A DNA stretch of 62,848 nt, counting the filler, from Choristocarpus tenellus KU-1152 (lineage: Eukaryota > Protista > Phaeophyceae): the NCBI GenBank assembly GCA_964200185.2. It is 12 parts of 12 records of this genome, joined end to end, with 100 filler letters (N's around TTAATTAATTAA, not from the genome) between each part and the next. Parts side by side here need not be neighbours in the genome. Positions count along the whole stretch, not along the records: positions 11,453 to 14,115 come from CAXNAD020025842.1; positions 14,216 to 19,264 come from CAXNAD020012046.1; positions 19,365 to 21,967 come from CAXNAD020026365.1; positions 22,068 to 26,348 come from CAXNAD020015311.1; 8 more parts are not named here. The stretch is one strand, 5' to 3'. The first letter of the stretch is position 1; the number at the start of each line of letters is the position of its first letter. Under the pieces are notes generated by a model. The model saw only the letters and a program-made list of their open reading frames with translations, was not told the DNA's origin and did no database searches. A program made the position numbers and the translations under genes. Of this stretch, positions 11,655 to 24,620 are shown piece by piece.

Positions 11655-13149
11655 ATTCCGTACTTCTGTACAGTTTGCCATCGGGTGCCTCTTCCCCGCC
11701 AGATATTTTGAACAACACCTTCAAGTTACAGATGTGGTTGCAGGCATGTGGCCCATCCATGATTGAAGGAATATTCACTTTCCAAGTCAACAATTAGTTG
11801 AGTGATAGAAGGAGAAATAGGAAAGAGGGAAGCAACTCAAACCTGTGGGCCCTTTTGGGACTCCCTCAGAAGCAGGTTCAAGGACTTGCGAGCTCCAGAC
11901 AAACTTCCGAGGTCCTGAGTGGCATGTGGGACAGTATTACAGGAAGATCACACTCACTGTGAAAATTCGTGCATTCAGACCCAGCTATATTCTTATCTAG
12001 CCTGTGCAAAGATTGATTCATTGCCCTTGATCTGACTACATTGTCTACACTTGGGTGTACAAGGACTATTCTCAAAAGCGGTAAACACAGGTGAGCAAAA
12101 ACAATAGTTCTTGAATTCCCTTGTGGTGCAACCTGTGGAAGATCAGTGTGTCAGCATGAGGAGATGGGAAATAATTGAAGGGGTATCAAATTATATCAGT
12201 CCTAGGGGGCCAGCAGGTAGAGGGCCAGCAGACGTATGGGTTACAGGTAGAGAGGGTATGGCGTGGAAGATGAAGAGTAGATTGGCTGCACATTTGGGGA
12301 TCTCGCATCCAATACACACTAAAGGAGAATGTATCTTAAACAAACTAGCATACAGGTACTCTGCCACCATGATTGGAATATTGTTTTCCATGCATTTTTT
12401 ATGTATGTTTGAAGAACTCATCATAGCCCAAATAGTGAAGAACATGAGGCTACAATCCTATATGAAAATATTGCTTTTGAAAGTGGCGCAGTAATGCCCA
12501 CACAATAATAAAAAAGGTGTCCAATTATCTCCTAATAGTCAACACCTGTACAGCCCACACAAGAGAGTGCACAGTCACTAAAAAAAAACACATTAAAAAC
12601 TGGAGCATTTTTTTGACAGCTAAACATTTCAAAAATATACACAACTATACATTAAAACACAGCGATGCACTGTGGAGTGCTTACAAAAAAAAAAGACAAG
12701 GTGTTCATCACGCCATAACATACAGTCGTATGTGTGACCTGATGCGTTTGTTGGGTGTACTTCAGCGGATCCCTGCAAACTATTGAAGCACTCAGATCTA
12801 GAGTGCCAATATAAAGTCAGAAGTCCTCTCCCTTGGAATCTCAACTGGAAGTAGGATTGGGATGGAAATCACTGATAACTATACACTACACAACAAAAAG
12901 GAGGTCTGAACACATTGAGATCTAAGTAGAACTCAAGGAGCACTCCACAGTCTATCACAGCAGAGCACTAATGGCGCACCAATTGCACAGCATAAACAAA
13001 CAGCTACAGCGGTAGAAGAGACTCCACCCCAACATAGCGAGATCCAGTTTTGCTTAGAGGGGACAACTACTATGTAGTGCATTGATGTTGTAAGTGTGGG
13101 GGGGCGAAGGATAGGAGGGTGGGGAGGATTGATTAGAATAATGGGGATA

Positions 13150-13900
13150 TAGGAGACAGCAGGGGAATGGTCATTCACGGCGGAACACGTTACAGGGAGA
13201 AAAAATGACCTAGCAGTTAGTGTATTGAGGTGGAAGAGGGACGAGATTCAAACTAACCTGTGACTTGTTTGCCCACGTATTGACTGGCAGGAACAGCCCC
13301 TGGGTTGGGAGGGAAGATGGTGTGTCCGAGTGCCTCGCAGCATTGTACGTCAGAGGATCGGTTGCACCATCTACTCAGGAGTGTTATGAAGAAGCTTGGG
13401 ACCAATGGTCTGAGTTCCATACATAAAGAGGATTGAGTAGGTGGTTAGACCCTGGGAGTCGAGAGATAGATGTAGTGAAGGCCCCAGCAGAGTATATGGG
13501 TAGTGAAGGCCCTAGTAGAGTTTATGTGTAGTGAAGGCCCTAGCAGAATTTATGTGTTTCTAGTGCCGATAGAGGGGACTAAGTAAGTACAGTTAAGGGT
13601 AAGATAGCAGCAACCCAATCCGACCATAAACATGTCATCAACTTCAAACTCCCCACACAGCATGTCATGATCCAATCGGTGCTCAAAGGGATAGGGAGGA
13701 GTCATACAAAAGTAGGGAGAGAGCCCAGTAAGAGGAGACCCCTAACATGGAGAATGATTGTAGAGGCAAAGAAAGGCTCTGAAATGCTAGGTATGGAAGG
13801 TAAACTGACAAGGGTAGGTTTGGGTTTCTCGTTCGTCTGTTTAGTCAGACTCAGAATTGCGGGCCTAGGATGAAGGGGGAGGAGTACATGGAGATTTTGC
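13150..13900 (+). mobile_element. Degenerate DIRS/Ngaro-type (tyrosine recombinase) retrotransposon: RNase H C-terminus followed by YR fragment
   Basis: WSFTAEHVTGRKNDLAVSVLRW resembles the RNase H HV.G..N.LAD.LSR motif. APSTQECYEEAWDQWSEF is YR N-terminal SAM-like. IQSVLKGIGRSH...RRPLTWRMI...LGFSFVCLVR is the start of the YR core. Stops and frameshifts present. Confidence 0.7.
13473..13556 (+). repeat. 28-bp tandem repeat x3 (TAGTGAAGGCCCYAGYAGARTWTATGKG)
   Basis: Three adjacent near-identical units, no spacers. Confidence 0.9.
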
Positions 13901-14522
13901 AGTAAGGAGGAACATAGTATGGAAGAGGAGAGTAGAAAGTTTAAGGTGGGAGGATAGACACCAGGCAGAAATAGTAGAGGTAACATTTACAGGGTCAAAA
14001 GGAATGTTAGTTAAATCCCGAGGAGTATGCCTTGCATTCAGGGAGGATAGGGGGAGCCACGAGAGTGGCGAACATGGGGGTATCAGAACTGGTAATACAG
14101 CGGGAAGGAAGGGGGNNNNNNNNNNNNNNNNNNNNNNNNNNNNNNNNNNNNNNNNNNNNTTAATTAATTAANNNNNNNNNNNNNNNNNNNNNNNNNNNNN
14201 NNNNNNNNNNNNNNNGGTCCCAGATGGAAAGATCGCAAAGGTTCTCAGATATATTCCAATGTCTGTAAACCAGAAGAAGCCCCAACGATAAATGATGATA
14301 AGAGATCCTAAAAACGGCTCCAAACGGCTCAGTTCTTCTGACCTAAAGGACCCACCTATTCAGTTCTCTCTTACTGATATCGATATACACACTTTCCTGT
14401 TGCTACTTGATTCACCTGAGAGTACTCCTGTTCTGCTGAGCTGATGTGCGTTGATCTGTGCGTTGGATTTGAGTTGTACATCCTGTGGAGGTGAGCTCCG
14501 AGGGGCGCCTGTAACAGGCGCC

Positions 14523-16190
14523 TGTAACACATACGTAGCGGTATGATGAATCATGCTTTGTTTGTACACCAGGCGATGGCTAAGACCAGAGCCCTTCGGA
14601 TAATTAAAATCAGTGGTATGTTCACCACATAACCCACCAACGACTCGTGGCAACGAGCCTTTCCTGCACAAAGCTATTAAACACACTTATGAATGGTTCT
14701 GGGACTAGCTGCAGATAAGGTTTCATACATTAGGTTATGAATCAGGTTTTTATACAAAAATTAAGGAAGTAATATCTGTTCCTTTATGTGATAGATGTTG
14801 TCTGTGACCAGAGGAGATTGTGCGTTTAGAGAAAGCGCTTTATGGTACCAAACAGGCTAGCAGGGACTTTCATAGTTTGTTGGTACACATTTTGAAACAA
14901 TGTGGTTTTGAGCAAATGCAGAGCAAATCCCTGTGTATTATGTTATGTAAAAAAGGGCGTTATTTGCACTGTAATAGCTCCCCATGCTAATGACCTTACG
15001 GTAGCAGGAATATGTGGTGTTTTGATATGGGTTTGCTCCAGAATTGAGGAGCAATTTTCTATAGAGGACTTTGACAATTCCGAATACCATGTGGGTTGTG
15101 AGACTTCACTTGAGATAATTGCAGAGACATTAACTGCAAGTCAGACCAGATACATTAGGATCATTTGTCAGAGATTTGGTATGGACGGGGCAGAGAAAAG
15201 CGCGGTACCCCATGATCTCTCAAGGACCTATCAAGACAAGAATGAAGGTCATCCGAGTGTTGATGACAATGTCTCGCACAGAGAGGCAGTTGGTTATTTG
15301 ATATGGGCAGCTGTCATGACCAGACTATATACTTCTAATGCGGTTCATGAGGTTGCCAAGTACAGAAGTAGTCCAAAAGTGTACATTGGCGTGGAGTTCA
15401 GTGCATTTTTACGTATTGGAGAAAGTGTCCAAGCGTTGGATTTATTTTTGGTGGTTTTGATACTACTGAACGTGAGTTAAGTATATATGCTGATGTTAAC
15501 TATGCTGGGGATTGTAAAGATCGTTGATCAGTGTCTGGGGAGCTGTAATGTTTGCAGGAGGAACAGTATCTTGTAAGTCAAAGATCCAAAAGAGGTTGTA
15601 ACTCTGCTTCAACGGAAAGTGAATATATAGCCCTCAGGAGTGTGACATAATATTTGCTTTTCTTGCTAAGTGTTTTGGAATTTGTTCAGTCATAGCTCTC
15701 TAGGCGTTGTGTTGACATGTTTTGAGGACAGATAGTGCATGCAAACTAATACGAAATGCAACTAGTTTTAGTAGCACAAAGCACATTGACGCCTGACAAC
15801 ATTTTTTGAGGGACCTACTATCTAGAAAAAGGGAGATCTGTGATGTTTTTGTTGGTACTGAAAACCAGAGGGCCGATGCGTTGAGTAAGAATTTGTCTGT
15901 GGAAGTTTTCAGACAACATGCGAAGTTCTTGATAAACATGGAGAAGTATAGCATGTGGCTACTATTTTCTTGGTTAATGAATTTATGCTTTTTGAAAAAG
16001 GGGAGGATACCGCGATAACTAGTGTTATGCTTACGTTATGTGTGCCGACACAACCTTAAAACACAGTGTAACAATTTCATGTACATTTATGTAATGTTCG
16101 GTACAATAGTATCATACATAGCGGTATGATGAGTCAGAATTTGTTGTAAGTTAGGTGATGGCTAAGACAGAAGTTCAGTGGATAATTTAA
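14523..16190 (+). mobile_element. Decayed, internally deleted Ty1/Copia element (RT and RNase H remnants, LTR-like direct repeats)
   Basis: LEKALYGTKQASR, HREAVGYLIWAAVMTR, YADVNYAGDCKDR-SVSG, STESEYIAL, TKHID...VGTENQRADALSKNL, with many stops. PPT GAAAAAGGGGAGGA at 15994-16007. Direct repeat 14530-14608 vs 16113-16190. Confidence 0.85.
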
Positions 16191-16699
16191 GTTTTTCTGA
16201 CATGAAAATAGGTTTCATTGTTTTTTCCCATGACACATCTCCAAAATATCAGAGGGCATAATAATATAATTACTTGTTAGTGTTTGTTCGCTATGTAACC
16301 TACCAGCAGCTTGTGGAGATGAAACTTTCCTGCGCGAGGCTATCCAACGTAAGGGTCCAAACCTGTCCACCTCTCAAATGGTTTGGCTCTGGTGAAGAAA
16401 TCACCAAGCAAGGCGGACCACACAGACCAAGACGAAACATAACTGAGATGATGAGGTTAAGGTTGGACACGAGGGCAAAGACTGAGGAAGTGGGGAAGAT
16501 AACAGTTCGGATGGGGTTAAGAAAAGAAACCCCTCAAAGATACGAGATCCACCTTCGGAAAACGTGCTCTTGAGACGTCACGGAAAGTTGCGGAAACCTG
16601 TCCTTCTGAAGATCATCCACAGTTGAGCCGAAGTTCTCATAATAAAAATCAATCGGTATGTGAGAACATAGCGTACAGCGATAATGGTATTACAACAGA

Positions 16700-18200
16700 C
16701 AGACCTGCTTTCCACATCACGTGTTTTTCTCCAGAATATGTTTATCATGATCTTGTGTGGGCTGTCCTGACCAAATTTGGCATTCTTCTGAAGATTTTTC
16801 TGATTTTGCCACCCACCCGTTCCTTACATGATGGTATGATGGCAATTGTCCATACAGCTAAAGGTGACTGTGCAAATAGACTGATTCGATTTTAGACAGG
16901 GCTTTCGCCATCGGTGTATTCTCGCTCCCATTCTCTTCGACATCTTCTCCACTGCAGTGCTCAGTGTAGCAGTCAACGAGTTTACCTCTGACCCATTCAT
17001 CTTCAACAGCCTTGTTGTCATCAAGAAAAGAGCGACCACAACCATCCAGATCAAAGGAAGAGCACCAGGAGGGAGTGAGGTAATACTTGAGTTGCTCTTG
17101 TAGGGCACGCTTTGTGCTGGCAATGTGAGCATTGTCTGCAAGACCCAAGGAGGTTTGTCCAGGATGATGACAGCACTTGTCAAGGTGACCAAGTCATTCG
17201 GTTTGGCTTTATCGGCATTAAAGACAGAGATCATGTGTCTTCAGCCTTCTCCTAATCATCGGAAGGTAATTTAGAGGTAGGCAAGGTTGCATTTTAAGGA
17301 GTACGAGAAAGGGGGATAGACGTCATTTTGTACACTTACAGAAAGAGTCTTTGCTCAATTGAGATGTCACTTTGTGTGTGTGTGAAAAGGATTATTTACA
17401 TATTTACCAAATTTGCATGCATTATTATTGTGCACATAAAGCAATTAAATCAGAGTGTACTGCTCAGGGTAAGAAATATGTGTTAGAATTCAAAAGGGTC
17501 TAAACTTGTCTACCTCTCTATCTCTAGGCTCTCAGGCTGCCAAAACCATGCAGGTACATATACTGGACCAGATCTACAGCCAGATTGTAAGTTTGTATGT
17601 CTTCCTTGGGGGAATCATTAGTGACGATGCTGCTATTACTGCTCAGATCTGACAGAAGATTCAGAAGGCTTGTCGCTGTTTCTGCCAATACAACCAAGTG
17701 CTGTTGGACAGGACCTCAGGTTTCTCACTTCAGCTCAAGATTTCGAATGCTCAAAGCCAAAGTACTTAAAGTTCGGTTATATGGTTGCATGGCATGAGCA
17801 CTCCACCAAGTGACTTACCTGAGGCTTCACTCCAATCGTTAGATATCCCCCCTCTGCTACATAGGTTTCCCCAAACGGGAACACCCCAATGATGTCCTAT
17901 CCTACAAAGTATTTCTATATTAAGACAGGATGTCAGAGTATTGAGGTAAAGGTGTGGAACTGGAGAGTCCAATTTGCTGTGTCAGCTGCTGCTCGCATGG
18001 GAGATGTTCTACTTCTGAAGATATTTATATTTGGGGAGCTTGCGAATGGAAGATAGAAGCAAGGTGGACAGGAGAAGAACCGGTGAATATGCCTCAAAGA
18101 CGATCTCGAGAAGCTTGTGATTGTAGCTGAGGGTTGGACCACCACGGCCTCTAATAAACAGAAGAGTGTGCCTAGCGGTACGAAGAGCTTAATGACCAAG
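16700..18200 (+). mobile_element. Decayed RTE-like non-LTR retrotransposon RT remnant
   Basis: LVWAVLTKFGI, SLHDGMMAIV, RQG...CILAPILFDIF, GLSRMMTALVKVTKSFGLALSALKTEIMCL, LKAKV...LYGCMA, KIFIFGEL, CLKDDLEKL appear in mixed frames with stops. Confidence 0.75.
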
Positions 18201-19218
18201 TGGTATTCCAAAGAACCTGCGGCAGTTACTGCACATCATGCCAAAGCTGTAGCTAAGGTCGCTCAAGCCACCAGTAACACCACCATCCACCACTGTCTAC
18301 GAAGTGGTGTTTTCTTTTTGGGATGATTTATTTTACGTCCTTTCTTCATTTTCTTGTTTTTCTTCTCCCTCATGTTACTTTTTTGTCTTATTTTGGGTGA
18401 TGTTATTTTATCTTCCAGTTTCTATTTCTTTCTCCTTCTTTCTTTTCTTTTCTCCCACTGGTTTGTTTTTCTTCTTTGATTCCTTTTGGCTTTACTCAAG
18501 CAGTGTGTACTGCATTCTTTGCACCATCTTTTTCATTAAGGGTCTCAGATCCATGAGGCTATTATGACACATATTATTTTTATTTTTTCTTCTTCTTCTT
18601 CTCCTTCTCCTTCTCCTTCCTCTTGCTACTTCAAAGTACTATTACTGCTATTGTGAGAACCATCTTCCAAAGAAGGTGCCCCTTGAAGGTAACCTATCTT
18701 GAAGAATCTGATAGTCGTATGACATTTGTTTTTGCATGTTGAAGGTAAAATCTGCTTGAAGTAAAAAAGGGGTGGTTTGAGGGGGATTTTGCAAACCTCC
18801 CTCTTCACTTTACCACTCCTTCACTCTTTTCCTGAGTTGTGTTCTGAGGGATTGCTCTCCCTCTTGTCTCGTCTCTCTCCTTTCCTTGCCTCCTGGGAGC
18901 ACTCTAGCCGCTGGGACCATAAACTCATGGAAGAGAAAACAGAAGGTCAGCGGAGGAGGCGGACAAGGTACAACTGGTCAACGTATCAACCATATCACAA
19001 CAGGATCCCCTACCAGAGACGAGATCAGGACCAACAGAAGAAGTTTAAGCTGTGGACTGATCAAGCATATTGGCCCTTGGTTCTTTCGAAGGAATATGCT
19101 ACAACTATGGAGGCAAAGGAAATCTTCGTGAATCTTCCCGCTCCCCTTCAATACAAAGAACATGTCAGCTTGTTTCCATCTGTTTCACACTATTTCAGTA
19201 ACGTTTATTCATATATTT

Positions 19219-19264
19219 GAACCAAAGTATCTGGGAGGGGGGGGGGGTCTACACCAGGGTGTCC
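19219..19264 (+). mobile_element. MITE family B left end, truncated by contig end
   Basis: GAACCAAAGTATCTGGGA-G-run-TCTACACCAGGGTGTCC matches 11481-11526. Confidence 0.8.
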
Positions 19265-20097
19265 NNNNNNNNNNNNNNNNNNNNNNNNNNNNNNNNNNNN
19301 NNNNNNNNTTAATTAATTAANNNNNNNNNNNNNNNNNNNNNNNNNNNNNNNNNNNNNNNNNNNNCAAGTCATGGCTTCCACTTTATTCCCCTACCAGCAA
19401 CGTACTGTACTGCTGTATGGTCATGACTCAGGAAGAAAGGCACTTTTAGCGAGAATTTTTTTTCGCGCGCGCCAAACTCGCGTGAAAATCTCTGGGATTT
19501 TGTGCCAAATCGCCCAAGGATTACGGTACAAAAGCCTATTTTCTGAGCATGTCAAAAAAAGCGGTACTAAATTGCATATTTTCCGATTTGGTTCATAATA
19601 TTTGGCCCAAAATAGGGGTAGGTACTGTACTGTATACTGTGTACTGTATTGTAAAAATCTAGAAGTACTCATAATTACTCAATTATACATAAAAGTAGTA
19701 GTGCTATACTTTTTTTTATGAGGTGTATGATATCAGATGAGATTTCCCCACACCACAAAACCCCTTCCTTTCACAATGATTTCTTCGAACTATATTATTC
19801 TTACTCTCAAACATCAACTGAAAAGGTCCGTTATTCGGAATTATGAGTACTTTACTCATCATCAATTCTGTAATGATTGAAATTTACTATTTTGGTTGTG
19901 TAGTTTTGAGAATTTGTGTGGAGTTGTGTACTGTACCGAGAATTGACAAGTCGGGGTGAATGTCTCAGTAGATTCTGACCTCCCTCACTCTTGTTGCAAT
20001 CGATGGGAGGAGGGTTAGTACGCGCGGGATAAGAGCAGCTAGATTTTCTGCCGAACAGAGGAAAAGAGCCTGCATTCCCAGTGGAGACGAGCGACGG

Positions 20098-20652
20098 ATG
20101 TCCAAGATAAGTTTCGCTCTGTGCCTTGTGGTGGGGTTGATAGCGTTGGCATCCCTCGCCTTCAGGGGAGAGTCCAAAGGTTCCTCATTAGAACCAGATA
20201 TACCGGAAAGCTCCAACCATGCAATCTTAGTAGAAATGGAGAAAAAAACTGATGGCCCTTCGAACGGGAACACCACAGCTAATGGCCGTTCGAGCGGGAA
20301 CACCACAGCTAATCGCCGTTCGAACGGGAACACCACACCATTGGAGGGTACACATGAGTGCTGGCCTGGTGATTATGACTGCTACCACCAGGAACCTCTC
20401 TCGTTTGCTGTGTACCCAATCACTTCTGAGATGCTTCATAGGTCCATTCCGTACGAGGCTTCGCCCTTTTTACTGCACCAGGCTTTCCGAAGGGCGAGGC
20501 AAACTGGGGTGTTGAATGTGGTAATTTTGGGCGGGTCGATGACCCTCGGCCGCAGGTGTGTCTCACCCGCAGGTCTGGAGGGCGAGGCATGCGCTTGGGG
20601 AACTCGTCTGCAGCAGTGGTTCGATAGGCGCATAAGCGGCTTCCAGGTCAAG
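20098..20652 (+). CDS. First exon of a secreted or type-II membrane SGNH-hydrolase-like protein
   Basis: N-terminal hydrophobic segment (ISFALCLVVGLIALASLAF), Ser/Gly/Asn-rich stem, LNVVILGGSMTLG (SGNH block-I-like GGS), then AWGTRLQQWF. Donor AAG|GTGAGA at 20652. Later exons not identified in this contig. Confidence 0.65.
20251..20340 (+). repeat. 30-bp in-frame coding tandem repeat x3
   Basis: Encodes DGPSNGNTTA / NGRSSGNTTA / NRRSNGNTTP. Confidence 0.9.
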
Positions 20653-23035
20653 GTGAGATGAAGCCCATGCCACTTTCCATTCTTAACCTTGGTGATTCTA
20701 CACAAACCCTCCTCGCTTGGGATGATTGAGAAATCTCGTTCTTCGCTCGTCCGTGGTGGGTATTGCCCAACGACCCCTGAATAGTGTGCGAAGTATCTAT
20801 TGCAGCAGAGGAACCTGCCATACTCCTCTGGTCCGTACCATTTTTTCTGTTTCTGATGGTGGAAGTCTTGAGTCTTCGTTGTCACGATGTCACTGTCTTA
20901 TGAAGATGCCCGTTGCGTCGAGTTCTGCCAGTCGTATATACAGGTAGAAGGAAGAGGTAAAACGATTAATATTCCAGCTTGATGAAGCTATCGAGGTACC
21001 ATAGACGATAATGTACAGGTTGGTTGTGGGCTGATTTTGATAGCTTTGGTCCGTTATTGCCAGCTCTGGCGTCATGTCAACCTGTTTTCCCAGGAGGATA
21101 TACTCTTGCACCGGCTGTTTTTATCCATCCCCTCTGAACCCAATTCCTTTAACTTTCTCAACATATTGGACCTGGTTGATCAGCATTAGATGGACCAGAT
21201 AGATGGTTATCGAAAGTGATTTTCTGTGACTGTATGGTGGACCCATTGTTTAGAGTACGACAGGCGAGGACTCGAGCACCTCCTCAGTATTTTCTGTTGC
21301 AGTGTTGATTGTACGCACACAGCTATGGGTTTGTGTAAGTTCCAGTGGGTGTCATACTAAGGAGCATTTGAAGTTATGACGAGTGACCTGTAACCCTACA
21401 CCCTACACCCTACACCCTACACCCTAACCCTAGAGTACAATAACTAAGCGACCTGTCCAATCAATATTATTTCACTGAATACTACAACTCTTTCCTTCTT
21501 AACTTGAAAAGACAGTGCGCTCTACCTATTAGACGGCAAATCGTTGCTTGAATCATTAGGTCGGGGTGAGGTGCCTGTAAGTAGTAACCCTCCCCACCTC
21601 ACCTCCCCTTTCATCAACATAAACACCAACACCAAGAAGATCAACTATTTTTTTTGAAGAATGCAAACTGAGCACGGCGTTTGACTCAAGATGTGCCATT
21701 TTAGAAGCTCTCCAGTAAAAAAAAGAAAAAAGAGTGTCCTACCCGCACAGATGTGTGTTAGTAGTAGAACATAAATGCGTTCTGTTTTTGTTTTTTTTCG
21801 AGTCTTAATTCTCGCTCTCTTTTTTTATTTATTTTTAATTTTACTTCCTGCTGGTTGGAAGGAAAAGCGCTGCCGTTTTTTTTTTTTTTTTTATTTTTTT
21901 GTATCTAGCCCAAAATTTTTTCTTTTCCTCCCTCATTGTCGTGTTCGAAACGTTTTGTAGTTTCCTTNNNNNNNNNNNNNNNNNNNNNNNNNNNNNNNNN
22001 NNNNNNNNNNNTTAATTAATTAANNNNNNNNNNNNNNNNNNNNNNNNNNNNNNNNNNNNNNNNNNNNCCCCCCCCAAGATACTTTGACCCAATTTCGTGT
22101 TATATTTTGACATCTATCACACACACCCTGATCCTTCTTCATTTCCATCACATGCGCAACAGTCTCTAATTGTCCCTATTCTATAATGTACGGGTGGAGC
22201 TGGAGAAAGCACTGCAAGTCTGCAACGCCTTCAACGCCACTAGCCCCGGGTGTATGTGCAAGTCTGCCAGTGTACAAGTGCGATTTGATCTCAAATTGCG
22301 AACCGCTTTGATACCAGTACTCAGAGGCCGAAAATAGGCATCCCAGAACCTATAAGTGGAAGCAAGTCTTGGCTACATGTCTGGAACCAACAATCAAAAT
22401 CCGAACGGGATTTCCAAAGAATAAGCACGGTGAAGACATCTGTAGGCAGATGAAGTTGGAAGTTCTAGGTAAATTGTAGAGAGGAGCACAAAGCACAGGA
22501 GGCAGAGAGTAGTTGGTAGAACCAAGCCCACATCCACATGCTGTCGATCTTGATCAGGGACAGCCCTCTCCTAAGTAATATATGGGGTTTGTTAGAGCTC
22601 CCGTGCCAAATGAGTGAGGGGAATTCAGATGGTGTGGGGGGAGTGGGGGTTGGAACACGCAGGGAGCACATGGAGGAAACAGCACATGTTATAGAGGTTG
22701 ATCATTTGAAGGTTCCAGGAGGAGGGCTTCCAATCATTGGTATGGACAGTGGAGTTTACAACAACCAGCTCAACAAATCGTGGCAGGAAAGGAGCTCAAA
22801 ATTTCCGTGCCTGGTAAACTTGCCCCTCACATTCTGACCATTCCTGCTACACAAGCAGACTCAGAGTGCATGTTCTCACTAGGTGGGAATATTGCTACCT
22901 AAAAACGAGCATGGTGGACCCAGGTTATGTGCAGCTCCTTAGAAGGACAACAGGCCTAAAGACTGAAGAAACATGTGTAGCCAAACACATATATCGACAC
23001 AGACAAAGATGCATCAAAATACCAACAATAAACTG

Positions 23036-24620
23036 TATATCGACGCTTCTCCTGGTGTACTTAACCTTTCAAACCTTACAAAAAAATCGTACATCGGATT
23101 AGAAATACGCAAATCTCCTAAGGAAGCTCATCTTCGACGGTCACACAATGCCTAGATCACAGTACAAAATTTGATGTACTGCAACTTTTTTTTTCTTCTC
23201 CGTGATAAGGTATGAGCATCAAGTCAGATATCGACACTTTTCCTAATGTGCCTAAACTTCCAACGTCACAAAATCCCCACCTCGCATCAGAAAAGCTAAA
23301 ATCTCCTAAGGAGGCCCATGTCCGATGGTTGGACAATCCTACATCACAATACATCATTTTATATACTTCAGTGTTGTGTTCTATTCTCTGGAACAATATT
23401 GGAGTATCAAACCATATGTTGACAATTCTCCTGATGTACATAACAATCATGAACGTCACAAAATTCCTTTCTCGCTTCAGAAGAGCGTAAAACTTCAAAG
23501 GAGGCATATATTCGATGGTTAGAAAATACCTACATCTCAATACAAAATCTTATGTACTGCAATGTGACATTTGTTTCTCGGTGACAAGGTATGACCATCA
23601 AACGAGACATCGACACTTCTTGTACCTAACCTTTTGTACGTCACAATATTCCAATCTCGTATCAGAAAAGCTCAAATATCCAAAGGAGGCTTATTTCCGA
23701 CGGTCTGATGATGCCTACATTACAGCACAAAATAATATATTCTTCAATGATGCGTTATTCGAACTTAACAATTTCTACCTCGCATCAGAAGAGCCTAAGC
23801 GCACTATATCTTTGGGGGTCAGAGAATGCCTGTATCACAGCAATATATATATATAATATGCCTATGACAAGGTGCGAGAGTCAGACCAGTATATCGACAC
23901 TTCTACCGATGTTACCCAACCTTCGAACTTTACAATATTCCAATCTCGCATTTTCCTTCCTCGAATCTCCTAAGTAAAGGAGGCAAAGGAGGCCTATCTC
24001 CAATGGTCAGACAATGCCAACGTGACATTAGTACATACATATATATATATGCTGCAATGTTCCGATATTTTCTGCGCGACACGATACGAGCATTTTAGGA
24101 TATGTCGACACTTCTCCTCATTTACCTGACCTTCCAACATCAGAAAATTATCACCTCGCATCAGAAACGCGCAAATCTTCTAAGTCGGACAATCTTCGAC
24201 GGTCAGATAATGCCTACATCACAGTACAAAATTGTATGTGGTGCAATGTTGCATATTTATCTCCGCAACAAGATACGAGCAATTGACCAATATATCAACA
24301 CTTCTCCTAATGTACCAAGCCTTCCAACGTTACAAAAATCCAACCTCGCATCAGAATTGCTTAAGTCTTATATGGAGGCCTATCTTCGAAGGTCAAACAA
24401 TGCCTACACATCACAGTACAAAAATGTATTTACTCTAATAGTGCATACTTTCTCCACGACAACGTGCGAGCATCAAAGATGGTATCGACACTTCTCCTTC
24501 TTACCTAACTTTCGAATGTTACAATATTCCCACCTCGCATCAGAAATTTGTAAATCTCGTAAGGAGACCAATCTTTGATGGTCAAACAATGGCTACATCA
24601 TAGTAGGTAGTACAAGGTAT
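23036..24620 (+). repeat. Diverged ~190-bp tandem array (~8 units), satellite-like
   Basis: Anchor TATCGACACTTCTCC recurs near 23038, 23229, 23417, 23608, 23892, 24103, 24293 and 24483. CTCGCATCAGAA and GGAGGCCTATCTTCGA.GGTCA.ACAATGCCTAC recur in degenerate form in most units. Confidence 0.9.

Noticed and set aside
13473-13556. 28-bp repeats as a CRISPR array
   Set aside because: Head-to-tail with no spacers, no cas genes, eukaryotic TE context.
23036-24620. Regularly spaced motifs as a CRISPR array, or ORFs 23212-23490 and 24102-24578 as genes
   Set aside because: Whole units are homologous, so there are no unique spacers; frames shift and stop between units.
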